Source: Trichinella spiralis (Eukaryota). From it: 53,196 nt of DNA. This document shows, one piece after another, positions 12,201-26,184 of the stretch. The notes under the pieces were generated by a model. That model ran no database searches. It was not told the DNA's origin and saw only the letters and a list, made by a program, of their open reading frames with translations. Position 1 is the stretch's first letter; every line of letters starts with the position of its first letter. Location: contig NW_003526940.1 of NCBI RefSeq assembly GCF_000181795.1, positions 1,275,527 to 1,328,722 of the forward strand. The letters are read 5' to 3'. Position numbers and translations under genes: made by a program.

Positions 12201-14676
12201 TCCTTCTTCTTTCTTCTCTTCCACTTGCTGCTGTTCTTCTTTTGGCTGTTGATCTTCTTCTTGTTCAACTTGTTGTTGTTGTTGTTGTTGCTGTTGCTGT
12301 TGATGCTGCTGGTGTTGGTGTGATTCACCAACTTCAAAACTGTCCGATTCATCCGCACTCGAATTTCGCAAATTCTACAACAATACAAAAATTTGTACAA
12401 TTTATAAATTGAAAATTTTTGAAAAATGAAAAAAAAATTATTAAAACATCCGCGATCAGTTGGTTCCATTTGACACAAGAATGCGGAACAAGCCGGTGCT
12501 TGTCACCGTGAAAAAATTAAACCAACAAACTACTGCACTGCAATAAGTATAGGTGAAAGAAAAACAACACTACTAGTAATAATTATAATAAACAACAACT
12601 GTTGCTGCAAAAAATTACACTTTTGTTCTAATGCATAAATTATATATGCTGAACATTGTACATCGTTAATAATAAAATGACTTAATTAAAATAACAATCA
12701 TAAATCAAAACTCACACACACATATATATATATATAGTTGAGAAAACCAACTGAAAATATAATAAAAGAGTATCGATAAATTGAAATGAATAAAATATCC
12801 ATTCATTCAACTTTTTACCTTCGAGGAAATTTCAAAATTTGCCTATTCAAATTTTTGCTCATCACAATCGGTTGGATAAAGGAAAAGTTGGAAAAAGAAA
12901 ATTCCTACGTATATTTTTGTGCTGCATATTTCTTTTCGAAATTTCAAAAAAAAAAATTCAACTAACCTCTCGCTGTTCGGTGGTGGTGGTGAATGTTTCG
13001 TCTTCGGTTTCCGCTTCGCCGTACGACGATTCGTTCGCGGTACATTCGAACGAATCTTGCTGCAAAGGTCCAACCGGCGGCGGCGGCGACGGCGGTGGCG
13101 TAGTAATTGGCCGGTCTTCTTTCGATTGGGAACAGTCTTCCTCCAGGTCGGTATCGTCGGATCCGTGCTGTTGCAATATCAACTTTTTCGGCATACAGTA
13201 TTGAATCGAATTCTGAATATGAAAAGCACGCACAATGAATCGAACCCAATTCAAATTCAAATATAATATACTACAGTAGGCCTTCAGTAAGCCCTAGGCT
13301 CGGTCATACCTTGCGCCTGTTGTTCACAGTACGAGCGCGGTCGTAGGCGCCCTGGTTCATCAAAGCGGGGCCAGTTTCCAACAACGGTGACTCTTTTCCA
13401 TTGCAAGCCGCCGCATTTTTCAACAATTCGTTGATCGACTCGGTCGAGCCGATCGAACCAGCACCGCCACAATGCGCCACAATGTCGCACATGCTGAACG
13501 ACGACCGTCGACGGTCACAGGCTTTGGTCGGTCCGTCCGACGACGGTCGGCGCAAAGCGGCGACACAAATCGAGCTGTTCTGCCCGACCGAGTGGCTTTT
13601 TCGTTTCGCCTGAATCAGCAAGTTTTGAAAATTAATAATTTAATTTAATTTAAAAAATTAATTCACTTTTTGTTTCAGTTCGACAAGGCTTTGTTGCTTC
13701 GACTTGCCACGTTCGGTGGTCGAGCCCAGGAACAGGGTGGGAATCGACTCGGCCGACGATGTCGAATCGACAACGACCGCGCGTGACGAACATTCACCCG
13801 ACGCTGATTTCGCCTCTTCCTGACCGATACAACTTCGCCTCACCACGCCCATCTGAATAAACAAATCAATCGATCAATCAACATGATCAAATAATAATAC
13901 ACTTTCATTATATATATATATATATATATAAACGCGATCCGCATCGCTGCTATTCCACAATATCAACATCATCACACTTTTTTCAAAAAAAAACCAAACC
14001 CTTTCTTTTTCGCCAATAAAATATTGCAAATTCTGTCACTTTTTTCTTCAACAACTGAATAATTAATGCTGCAATTTTTTTTCATTTCACCACTTATCAA
14101 AAGCAAAAAAGAATAAAAGTTACCATGACCATAGGATAAATAGATGAATGGGCAAAAAAAAGCATGCAAGCGTGAAAATAATTATACGGAAGAGTACCGA
14201 GGAAGAGTGGAAAAGTTTTTCCTTTTCAATTCATTCTACCAGGCTAATTCAAAGTATTTAAATTCAATTGACTGTGACACACACGACTGTGAACAATAAT
14301 TATTCTAAACTATAAAAAGGGGCATTACAAAAGAGAATTTGAAAAACCAAGAAAAAACACCTGAAAATCAGAACGTATGAGAGAGAACGCGAGTGACTGC
14401 TTACAGTAATACTGTACCTAGTAATCAAATGCAAAAAATATGAATAACACGACGTATATTTTTGTAATAAAATAGATAATATTAGAGAAAAAACTGTTGA
14501 AATTTGAATATTCATCTTTAGCCAAGTGAAAAATAAATTTTTGCATACCTCTTCGTCGCGATGCTCTTCGGTCTGTACACTAACGTTACGTGATCGAACT
14601 CTTTCGCTCGAATTTACATTCGGTACAGAGATGAGCATTGAACACATGCATGCATCACTCTTGATCTCTTCTTTCA
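9264..14676 (-). CDS. tir-1: SARM1/TIR-1: ARM-SAM-SAM-TIR NAD+ hydrolase (5' end incomplete)
   Basis: Phase-consistent exons 14676-14549, 13852-13667, 13609-13310, 13212-12967, 12842-12819, 12374-12138, 12077-10017, 9958-9636, 9576-9440 and 9310-9264 (last exon tentative). Motifs: ARM ([24 protein letters not shown]), SAM ([31 protein letters not shown]), TIR ([43 protein letters not shown]). Confidence 0.95.
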
Positions 14677-14843
14677 CTAGAAATCAAATCAATTTCATTA
14701 GATCATTAATTCAAAAAAATAATAATAATAAACACAGCTTTCAAATGATAATCATCATTCTACATTATTTATATATCAATACATCTGTAACAATAACGAC
14801 GGCAAAAAATTTAGCAACATAGCTGAATGAACAATTTAAGCTT

Positions 14844-14869
14844 CTCTCTCTCTCTCTCTCTCTCTCTCT
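14844..14869. repeat. (CT)n microsatellite; others include (TAA)n at ~9349-9373 and (TA)n at ~13908-13930
   Basis: Read directly from the sequence. Confidence 0.9.
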
Positions 14870-17800
14870 GAGCAAACTAGTCCGAGTTTCATAATACCAA
14901 TATTTATGACCAACTTATTTGTTCCTAAAACCAACAATCTCACACAACTTTTACTTGAAATATATTTATGACATATTTAAAATTGAACAATTTATGAAAA
15001 CTATAACTGATCGTGTAATTCTGCTAGGCAAAGCTTCATATCTCCAGAAACACATAAAGTGTCGTCGCAATCGTCGTTGTCGTACACAAACGACCCTCGT
15101 CTGCTTGCTATGTTCGAACAGCCGTGCATCAAGTCAACTTACATAATGATAATAATAATATTATTAATAACATTAACAGCGGTGGTAATAATAATTCTCA
15201 ACACCACTAGCCGTTGTCCTGCTAAGCTATTTAACGCTTCAATTGCAATTTGAACATTCCACATTTCTCTGGCTTCTGCTGCTTGGCATAGGTCTAACTA
15301 AAAAGGACTTGGCCAATTTTTCAACGCCAATTGGCTAATAATTTTGATCAAGCTGCACAAATGTTGTTCGGTTGTTGAAAGCAATTTGCTTTTTGTTTTG
15401 TTTTGAAAATAAAGTACAAATTCACCGACAAGTCAGTGCCAACTGAAATAACAAACATATCCGAAATGAATCAAAATTTGTCCAGGAAAAAGAAATGGCA
15501 CTGGACAATTTTTCAAATTTCCAAAACAAAGCTCGACATTTATCCACCCTTCTCGTCGTCTGCCTCCTTCTATCATTATTCACAATTTGATTAAAACAAA
15601 TTATATCAGATAATAATAGAAAAAGAAACCCAGTAACAGCAAAATCGAATTTAAATGGAATCATCTACACCATGTCAAGAGGCTGCTTTATTCACTGACT
15701 TTGCGGAAGTTTCATGGATGACGACGACAGAATTTGAATTAAACCAATAATGTGATAAACTGGTGATTAAACAAACGTAAAATTATACTCAGATAAACAA
15801 TAAAATTTAAATACAAACATTCTTTCCCCTTGGTATGATAATGATGAGCAATGGCAAATTCAAAGAAGTCAAAAGACGCATCATTGATTGCCTCAGAACA
15901 TTGATTTCCTTTTTCAATTTCAAAAATATCGTTCAACGACAGTTGTAGCTTACAATTTCGTATCGCATGCTAAATTTTAGGTGAATCACTGACAACAACT
16001 GCTTTTCATCACCAAAAATAAAAATGAAAAACATTCGTATAAAACCTTTCCAAACAAACAATTCAGCTGCACGTTTCAAAATACAACGGTAAAAATTTTG
16101 CTTTCATAAATAAAATAACCACCTGCTTGTAAAAATTGCTCAGTCGCCCACATCTGTACATAATTTGCTTGGTAAACTAGTGAATAAAAGGATTCAACGA
16201 CGAATAACATATAAATGCATGGTAATAAACCATAAAACAAACAGTATGCAAAAAATATATTAAAAAATAACCATACTTGCTTGAATAGTAAAAAAGTGAT
16301 TTGATATGAAAATAAATAAAACATGGCAGTGAAGTTAAAAAGTGTTAAAATGGTCGGCACAAAAAAGGCGCTAAGCGGATGTGACACTCGTTTACAGTAT
16401 AAAAAGTGAAAATTAGGTGTAATCAAATTAACGTAACTGCGTAACAGAATTGGATTGTTTGAAAGCATACAGAATGTTTCGAGAAAACAGACCAATATTT
16501 GCCTATTTTCAAGTTAAAAAATAAACGGATCAACTATCAATCAAATAACAAAAACAATACTGCTGATGAAAATCAAGGCTAGTTGAATTCAAAAGCCAAG
16601 CAGGTACATTTGTTATTCCCCTTTGGAATTTTGCTAAAAACAAACAGTCAAACACAAATCTTAAAAATTATAGCTCAAATTAGCATTTCCTATTTTTAAC
16701 AATCTATGCAGTGGTTGATTTTCAAACTTTTTCGGGTGGTTCTGTAAAATTTAAATAAAAACCTAAACAAATATTGCGAATTAGTCGAGAAAAAATAGAA
16801 TTATATCACGAAAATTATAAAACAAACTCCACATTGAACAATGCTTATATACATGTTGAATCAACTCTGCATGAAAAAGTTTAAAATGTAGCCAAATTCA
16901 AGGGATTTTACGCCGTCATTTAAGAAACTACTTACAATCATCAACACAAAAAGCTTTTCATCAAATTTGAAACAATTATATAACAAAACAATTTGTGAAA
17001 ATTTTCAAGAAAAAAAAAATTCTTCTTACAACAATCAACAGTAAAATTAATACCTGCAAATTGTCAATACTGACAGAAAAAAGATAATATAAAAAAAAAT
17101 AAAAAGCCACTAAAGCAGTTTGTTTTGACAAATAAAATCAAGCTGAAAAAAAAATATTTTTTTTGCAAATAAACGGATTATTCTCCGGAGAAAATAATCA
17201 CCGTTTGCATCGCCTGGTTTCACAGCAAATTATTGTCGGTTATTTTCTGAAACATCAATTTGACAATCTGCCATAGAAAATTAAATTGAAAATTTTTTTT
17301 GTCGAAGAACTGAAATAAATTTTCCATCAGTTAAAAATTCAATAGATCAAAAAAAACTACAGAAAAAAAAGACAAACAGGTAGAGAAATATATGGTGGAA
17401 GTTTGAATGATGAAAGAAAGCTGTTGCAATCAATGAACAGGCACCATTTTCAAGTTATGCAATTCAACCAAACATAACTTGCAAGTTGGAAAGTTGAATG
17501 AATTTAATAATGCTTTTCTGTAGTAAAAATGCAGATTTAAAAATAATAAAATAAAATCTAGAAAAAAACACCAATATTAGTATCAAGAGATAAGATCGAT
17601 TGCACCCTTGAGGTAAAGTTTTGCAGAAACAACGGTTTGTTTTCATCGGCACAAACTTGTCAAAAGTCAAAAATTGCCCAAGGCCAAATTTAAATACAAC
17701 TCTGTCAACAGTTTGCGCCGGTTTGGAATTTGGACACACTATTTTGAAGCATTTTTGTTTAGCAAATGAAAGCATAAATATTGTGAACAAGCAAGCAAGC

Positions 17801-20800
17801 AAGCAACGAAAAGCACCATCAACTGATGTAGAAACGGAACGCCGTAGATGCCTGCTTTTGAACAACGCGAAACAGAACAATGAAAATATTTTCCTGCTCT
17901 TCTCTGCGCTTCACAACTTCACGTTGTTCAAATACAACAAACAATTACATTCATAAATAATACAATTAAATAAATTCTGAAAGTGTGCACGCCATTTTGG
18001 AAAAAGTATTTTTGAAAAAAAAATTTCCACTATTAATCAATTTAATCATTAAAAATTTGTTGATTCGACTATTGGATACAGATATAAAATTTATTTACTG
18101 AATGATCAGTTATTAATCAAGCACGTTTCCATTACCAATCTTCTAATTAAACAAAAAAAAGCTCATTTTCATCATCACTACTAATGCAATCATTTAAAAT
18201 AAGAAGAAAAAAAACTTACGCTTCAAAGTTCAAACGTTGCTTGAAGCAAGTTTTGTTTCACTTGGAAAAGAAAAAAAATTGCACACTGACATACATATAT
18301 AAATATATGTAAATAAGTTTATTTCCCAATTAAAATTAATAATCTGTTTTGCTATCTCTAAATTAACTACTATTCTTTTGCTTTTTTTTCAACTGTTTCA
18401 GTTTTTAATTTCAAATATATTACTTCAGCCAGGTCAAAGAAGTGGAACAAACCTGAATTTCTTTACAACTTCTTTTACATCTATTAAACGGTAACAGTAG
18501 TAAAATGCCACAGGTGAAATAAAATAAATTTTCCGCGTAAAGGCAACAGGGAAAACTTTTTCAAATTTCAGTTAAATTTCACAAAACGGAATAACAGACT
18601 GGCGGATTCAAATAAATTACCCATCGCTTAACTATTTGTAAAAATATTTATGAATCGTGAAGCGCATGCAGAAAATGAAAATGGTCACCAGGCATTGATT
18701 GCGCAAACAATCGACATCATCGATGTTTCTCAATTTCAATTCTAAACAATAAAGCATAATCGTTGCGCATATGCGAGCTGTACCGAACCTGTCTATCTGT
18801 CTGTCTGTCTGTCTGTCTGTAATCGGCGTCACAGAGTCTGCTTTGCTCCTTTGGCTTCATTAAATTTAAACCTGTCTTTGTTTTCTCCGTTGCACGTTGT
18901 AAATAAATTATTGCAAACTTCATTTTAATTTTTCCTCATTCTACATTTTGAAAAGTTGAAATGATAAAAAAAAATATTTTTTTTCAACATACTAACAAAT
19001 AATATTATAATAATAGTAACACCTTTCAACTGCAAAGCAAAAATATCCTTGTATTAATAAAACTTTTCCGCATACATACATGTGCATTGTTGAGCATAAT
19101 GTTTAAAATGAAGAGAAGCACCATCGATTCATTGTAAAAATAAACCAGTTCGACTATATACAACAACAACAACGACGATAACATTAAGCATATAAAAATC
19201 ATACTCGCTTAACAATTATTGATTAATTATCGAAACTTTATAAGATCATAGCTACAATTATTTATTTATATATTTACTCGCAAAGGCTTATTTATTAGAC
19301 CATTGTCGTTGGATTAATAAATTTCTCTTTGTCAGTTGAAGTGCAATATAAAAGCCATAAAAAAAAATAATAATAAAACAAACAAAAAACATAGCAACGA
19401 CTGATTTAAATTCAAAATTCACGTATCTATAGAAAAATAATATATTAAATTTGATTCCACAAGGATTTTTTTTCTTTCTGTTATAAAAATAATATATTTA
19501 AATAAACTACATCAATCAAATCATTCAACTAATTATGAAGTTTTATAAGAAAAAGAAATTTTCAATAAATTATTGTTGCAAAGTGAAAAGAAATAATGAT
19601 TTTTTTGTGTTCTTTTATAAAGAGAATAAGGATTGCATAAAAAAAGCAGAATAAAAGAATGAAAAAAAGTAAAACTTCACACTTCTTTCGGTGGCGACCA
19701 TTTTTGGACAATTGTGCATACAAGCAAACGGAATAAATTAGTATACGAGCACAAAAATGAACAAGTGAATGTAAAAATTGTATCACCGCAAACGGGATTG
19801 TTGCTTTTAATTCACAACTGCAAAAGCAGGTTGGGTGTCACGATGGGTGTGACTGAAGAGTTCTAAAGCCACACACAACCGGCTAGAACATGTCGAACAA
19901 ATTTTCACGTGATGTAGCTTTAAAAAACTATTTATTTATTTATTTATTTACTACATTGCTGTTGTTGTTGTTGTTTTAAAGTTTAACCAATCAATGAATA
20001 GAACTGTCAATTTCAACTCTACATTGTAGTAAATATTTGAAATTTCACTCTGTTCAAGAAATGATGAATGGAAAAAACTTGAAACACAAACTAATTGTAC
20101 TTTTTACATTAAAAACTTTTTTGTAAAAATCAATGTTGTGAACGGTAGTACATGTATGCATGTATGCATACAGTAAACAGTTGTTGTTGTTGTTGTTGTT
20201 GTTGTTAAAGCTAGCTTTGAAATTGCAATGCTTCAAACTGCTGCTGCTGCTGCTGCTGCTCTGAAGCTTAGTTGATAAAAAAGGGTAAACATTAAGCATA
20301 GAGAGTTTGAATAGAAGAACGTTGTTGAGTACAATTCAATCATCAGCTGTTGGCAAGAGCGTTCCAGCACAACGCAAACATCAAATTTCCAAAAAGCTCA
20401 CGCTGCAAACTTCATTTTCGACCAACTTTCCAACTAGTTGTTCATTCATATACACTGAGACATTACAATTTCAACAAAACTTTTCATCTACACACATCTA
20501 TTATTTATTGTTGTTCAAATTACATCCATAATAAACTATGGATATTCTGAAATCAACAATACCCAACCAAATATTCGTGTATGTATATGCATGTACAGCA
20601 TATATAATTTCACTTGTTTACGTTAAACTAAACAAGCGACCGCGAAATCAATAAACTTATATAAGATACGATTTCCCTTACTCAAATCAAGCTGCATTTA
20701 CAACAATGTGTGAGAAGATTTTCTTCAAAATAAATAATCTCATTTAAATTCAAAAAATGATTATTCTTTCATCAAAAAATAAAATTAAACATGCACTAAA

Positions 20801-23800
20801 AAATATGATTTTCAGCTCACCACTGATGTAACTGCAAGCCAACAATCGACCAGCGCGTTATTTGGAGAAAATATTCATTCACATTTTCCTCATATAATTT
20901 TCAATACGAAAGCGCTGAAATGGAAACGCAAACGCGAGCGCAGACCCAAAAAATAATAACTATAAACACATTAAAAATGAACGCTCATTTTTATTCAACG
21001 ACACATTCTTGAGTCTCTATTCTTGTAGTTCACGTTCTCTGCAAAAGATCAAACAGGTTGACAATCAATACTACAGTAAGATTTGATTTTGTTCAACAGT
21101 TTTTATCCTTGTTAATAAATTGAAACTGAAATTGACATTGGAATTTCAAAAAATATGGTCAACATTTCAAAATTTTTCGCACAAATTTTACAACTGTTTG
21201 CGTTGAAATTTGTAAATCTTTTCACAAACTTGAATATCATAAAGAATGAAAGAGAAATTCATGCACACCATGCTCATCATGCGCGAAGAACAATTTTATG
21301 CTAATCTGGCATTTGACGTTTAAAAAAATTTTTTTGAAAAGCCATATCGACATGTCTGATAAATTTATGCAGTCAAACGTTAACTCAGTAAATACTGTCA
21401 GATTTATATGAAAGTTCAAAAAAGAAAAAAAAATTTAAACAATAATCAAAAGGATAAATGAGTGAAAGAAAGAATATCACGTGAAAAATTTGAAATGAAA
21501 AATTATACTTGAACATTGGTTAGCTGTACTTCAATTTAAGACAAATTGATATGACAGTTGCGTACATGTACATTATTTATTGAACGCGTAAAATTTTATA
21601 ATAGAAAAGTTGGAAATTTTATTGAAATATCAAATTATTTAAATTTAAATAACAATTATTAAACTGTCGTATAGTTTTTAGAAAAATTTTCTCTCCAACA
21701 GTGACCATTGAACAAATTGTCGAACGAATATTTTCTACAAACACAACTGCTTGCAAACAGGTCGGTAAGCAGGCGGTTTATCACAATTCAAATTGTTTGT
21801 CAAATTTATGATTTTCTGGAAAAGTTTTTTGTCCAACTGCATTTTACATTTAATTCATAAATAATACTAATAATAATTGAAATTGTGACATTTTCATTTT
21901 CTGTCACTGACAAATTAACAACTGAGCAAAACAATATTTGTATATTTTTTGCAAAGAAATGATTTTCAAATTAATTATCACATCAGAACAGAAATGTTAA
22001 TGTTAATAATTTGAAAATATATTAAGAAACTGATGTGCAAAGTTGCTCACCGTAAGCTTGTTGGAAAATACGACGTTCGAATTATAGGTATATATAGACT
22101 ATATCATAATGATCATTGAAAAGCAACAGAAAATCAAGATTACGTAATTGATGTGTTTCACGTGGATGAATTGTTGAAAAGTTGACTTGTTGAATTTATT
22201 TTCAATGCGTGAACAACAAATTTTTTCTCTCGTTCCCAATATAATAATAATAATAACTTGCAAAATCACTTACAATAATACTATTATTTAAAAATTTAAA
22301 CTTTGTTTCTCATATACAGTTATCAACGTACTTTTAAATAAATTTAATCCACGCAATAAACAATATTTGCATCAAACTATCAATACAAATATGAGTAACA
22401 ACGCCCTTGTTCGTACTGCTGCTACTGCTATTTAAAGTTTAACTTCTATTTCGTAATCAACTTTCATACGTTTCACGTCTTTTATTAAAATGCAAAACAT
22501 TTTCACAACCCACGACAAGATTATTTAAAAATCACTTTCAGTTTCAGGTTGAATTTTATTTAAATAAACAAATGAATATTATTATTATAAATATAAGTAT
22601 GCATGTTGGTATCATTGTCTTTATGAAAATTTTGATTGCATTAATGAAACGTTTGCATTTATTGCTTACGCATAAAGCAACAAATATTGAAATAAAACGC
22701 CTGTAAATTTTCACACATATTGCGTCATTTGAAGAACCAATTTTATTTCAATTTTAAAAATGAACATGAAAAATTTTAATATGAAACTCATTTCTAACTT
22801 TCAATATTAATTTTTCGTCTTATTCACAATTTATAGTTTATTAATGTTGTAAACTTTAAAATTATTTCAAACAAACATTGCAAAATGTTCGAATGCAACT
22901 GGACTATATAGAAATGAATAAAAACGAAGTTCAATTATATTGTAGTTGCTCATAAATAATAATAATAATGTTTAATAAATGAATAATATAAAATTATGCG
23001 TTTATTTGAATAATTTTTGACTTTTCATGTGCAGCGTGACTCAATAAAAAAAAAATTTCAAAAATAAAATCAACAAATTATTATACTTAATTATAATATG
23101 AAAATGAAATCATTTTCTTTAACTTATAATTTCAGACAATTATTAATTTTATTAATAATAAAATATTCGTGTAAATTAAAAAAATTAAGGCAAATTGTAT
23201 ATTACTTTTAAAAGTGCTAATTTTATTGACTTACTTTTTTTTCAATGTGGATTTTGATCAAATCTCTCCATTTCGCTCATTTAGCAAATTTGTCGATCAC
23301 GGTTTGGTTTAACTGGAAATATGCTGAAGAAAACTGTCGTGCCGTTAAGATTTATTTAACAGCTCTTGGTGCTTGTTTGTTTAATATTAGTGAAAGCTAA
23401 TGGGATGTCTGAATGCGATTCTGTCAAGCGGTTACACACCAGACACGATGGCGCCAACGTGCTTAAATTTTTTTTACATCCCCCTAGGAAGGTACAGTTG
23501 ATCATCATATATTTAATTCATTTTACTCACTCATTTTAAATTTAATATTTTTCTCTTAATGCGAATGATTTTATTATATTATTTTTCAAAATACCATAAC
23601 AACAACAACGACGACGACGACCTTTCTTTATCATTTTCTATGAAACAATGATAAATGTTGTTTACGGTTTGGTTCCTTTTTTTCCCATGAAAGCACAAAA
23701 TTTTCAAAATAATAAATTGTTCAATTCCGGGGAAATAGATTTTACTGTTTTTGTTAATATTAATATTTTCGTGGAATATGCAATTTGTAAAAGGAAGAGA

Positions 23801-25131
23801 AAAAACAAGCTCCACTAGAAAGCATTGCAATAGTAACTATTGCAGTATAAAATTTGCAACAGCAAATTCAATATAGCGTTGCAATTTTGAACAAAAGCAG
23901 TGGCTATTTTTTTTAATTTTATACGTTGAATATTTTACAAGCATATGTTACAAAATTTTAATTTGTCATTACATTAAACATTGTTAAGCGTTAGCTATTG
24001 AAAACAAAATAATTATCATTCTTTTCCCAATTATTCAACTACAACAATCCATTGTTAACTATAGAAATATTTCCACAAATTCAAGTAAGATACCAATTGG
24101 AGATTTCTGATTTGAAATAAAAAAATTTCAATAAACACTGAAGTGGATTTTTAAAAAATATTTACATTAAATTATTGATTAAAAAGAATTTTGAAAGAAC
24201 TCACCGTAAAAGATTTTCACCAGACCACCGCAGACTGATGATGATAATGCTCTTGCTCTTGCGAGCTTGCTTCAATGTTGTTCAATTTTTCATTATACAC
24301 GCGGAAGCGGCTCCTTGCTGACGTAAAAATTTGATAAAGTCATACTGAGAATGAAAAGCCATGTTTTCAAACAATCATTGCCCACAAAAACTTTGAATAA
24401 TAATGTGAAAAACCAAAAAAAACTGATTACACAACGAAGCAACTAAAGATATTTCATTATAAGCACGACAAAATTGTTCTTTTGAAATTTAATGGATTAC
24501 TTATAATTATTACTACTTGGCTATGATTTTTGGAAAAATTTTCTCTATGCTGTCAGATACAAGATTGCGCTGATGCTTCATTTGAAATTTTTGCATTAAA
24601 TATGATTAGTATACTTTATTCTACATTTTTGAATAAACTTTTGTCATAAATGTTCGTGTCAACACCAAATGTAATTTACTTGAAAACTTTCAGTTGCATA
24701 TATCAACTAAATTTGAAGTCAAATATTGTATCATAAAAATACACGACTGAGTAATGCAATCAATTTTATATTTGAAGACGCATGTTATACTTATAGAAAA
24801 TTATATTTCTATACTGTCATGTTGACTTTTCTCAATAAATCAATGTTAATAATTTTTTCATCTAAATTCTTTTGTTTTAAATAGTTAAAAAAGCTTGCAA
24901 TTAAATAATAAGATACCATTATTTTTCTTAAACCAACACTTTGCACTAAAAATGAAAAACTTTCTTAAATCAACTGATTGCCAATAATTATTTTTGTAAC
25001 CGTTTGTTTATATTCAAGATGAGCGTTCTACTGTCAGCATTTCGATGATAACGATGTTATTTCAGATCAAATAAAAAGAAAATCAAGGTTCATATAAAAT
25101 GTTTATTTCCTTCCAACATTTGCAGTGATGA

Positions 25132-25626
25132 TCAGTTAAAATCTCTGAAATAATAAATATCAAAAATAAAAACTAAACACAGAATTATGACATACTTGGG
25201 CATTAATCCGCTTCGCACTGCAAGTCTGTTGATGGAATCATCCGATTCTCCCATTCGTCGTATCGCCCCGGAGATTGCATACTTTTCGGTATCTCCGGTC
25301 ATCTTCCCAGTAACAGGATTAACCTTCAATTATTAAACAAATATGAATAATATAAAAAAAACTCTAGAGAAATACACTTACTTTAGCAATCTCAATCTGA
25401 ACAGACGCGTGATCTTTGGCAGAAACAATGCGACTGCTAGCAGAACTATTGAAATAAATCAGAATCAAACAAACAAATTACGCAACATTACAAAAATAAA
25501 TAAATGATAAAACAGAAACTTGAATTCACACTATCTCACTAATTCACTATTAAAATAATCTAATTAAAACACTAACCATTTTCGTGGAATGTAGAGATCT
25601 ACGAATTCCCCAAGTTCGTTTTGCAT
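25132..25626 (-). CDS. rps-21: 40S ribosomal protein S21 (eS21), 84 aa
   Basis: Exons 25626-25577, 25445-25382, 25323-25196 and 25144-25132 give [84 protein letters not shown]. Confidence 0.97.
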
Positions 25627-26184
25627 TTTTCAGTATTTATTACCTAAATATTAAAAGTAATATATTATAACAAGAAAAACATAAAAGCGTACTTCAACAA
25701 ACAAAGCCCTGTTTATGAAGAAACGATTAATGAATACAGTATGAAATTGATGAGTTGGTTTAATTTTTTCAATAGTGTTAGCAAGTTCTTTTGTCAACTG
25801 TTTAAACTGTCAGTACACATTGTTAAAACAGTTTATGCAAATTTAATTGGAAAATTTTAATTGCTTACTTTCTTTAATTTCTTCTAATAATTATTAGTTG
25901 AATTTTATAATTAAATTATGAACATTATATTTAACGGTTAGGAAAATTAAAGAAACTTCCAACTCATTGATTTTTACTTTATGGTTATCTTAGTAAAGTA
26001 AAAAATTTAGTAAGTTTGCAGTCTTCGAATAGTTCAGCGTCATGCTTATATCTTATTCATTAGAATTTCTTACTGCTACTACTTTTCAGCAATAATATTG
26101 CAGTGTTAGAGTCAGACTAGCGACAGTAATCTGAACGTTCCAGTATGAAATAGAACCAGAACGTTCGTTCGTCCNNNNNNNNNN

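Noticed and set aside
10090..12412. Many long overlapping ORFs (e.g. 11305-12090 -, 11139-11714 +, 11739-12323 +)
   Set aside because: Shadow frames of the GC-rich tir-1 exon; Arg-rich and without recognisable motifs.
16076..17956. ORFs 16076-16495 (-), 17464-17880 (-) and 17621-17956 (+)
   Set aside because: Non-ATG starts, AT-driven Phe/Leu/Lys composition, no recognisable domain.
24235..24321. Plus-strand ATGATGA...CTGA resembling a second C/D snoRNA
   Set aside because: No D'/C' boxes, terminal stem or convincing rRNA-complementary guide, and no plus-strand host intron.
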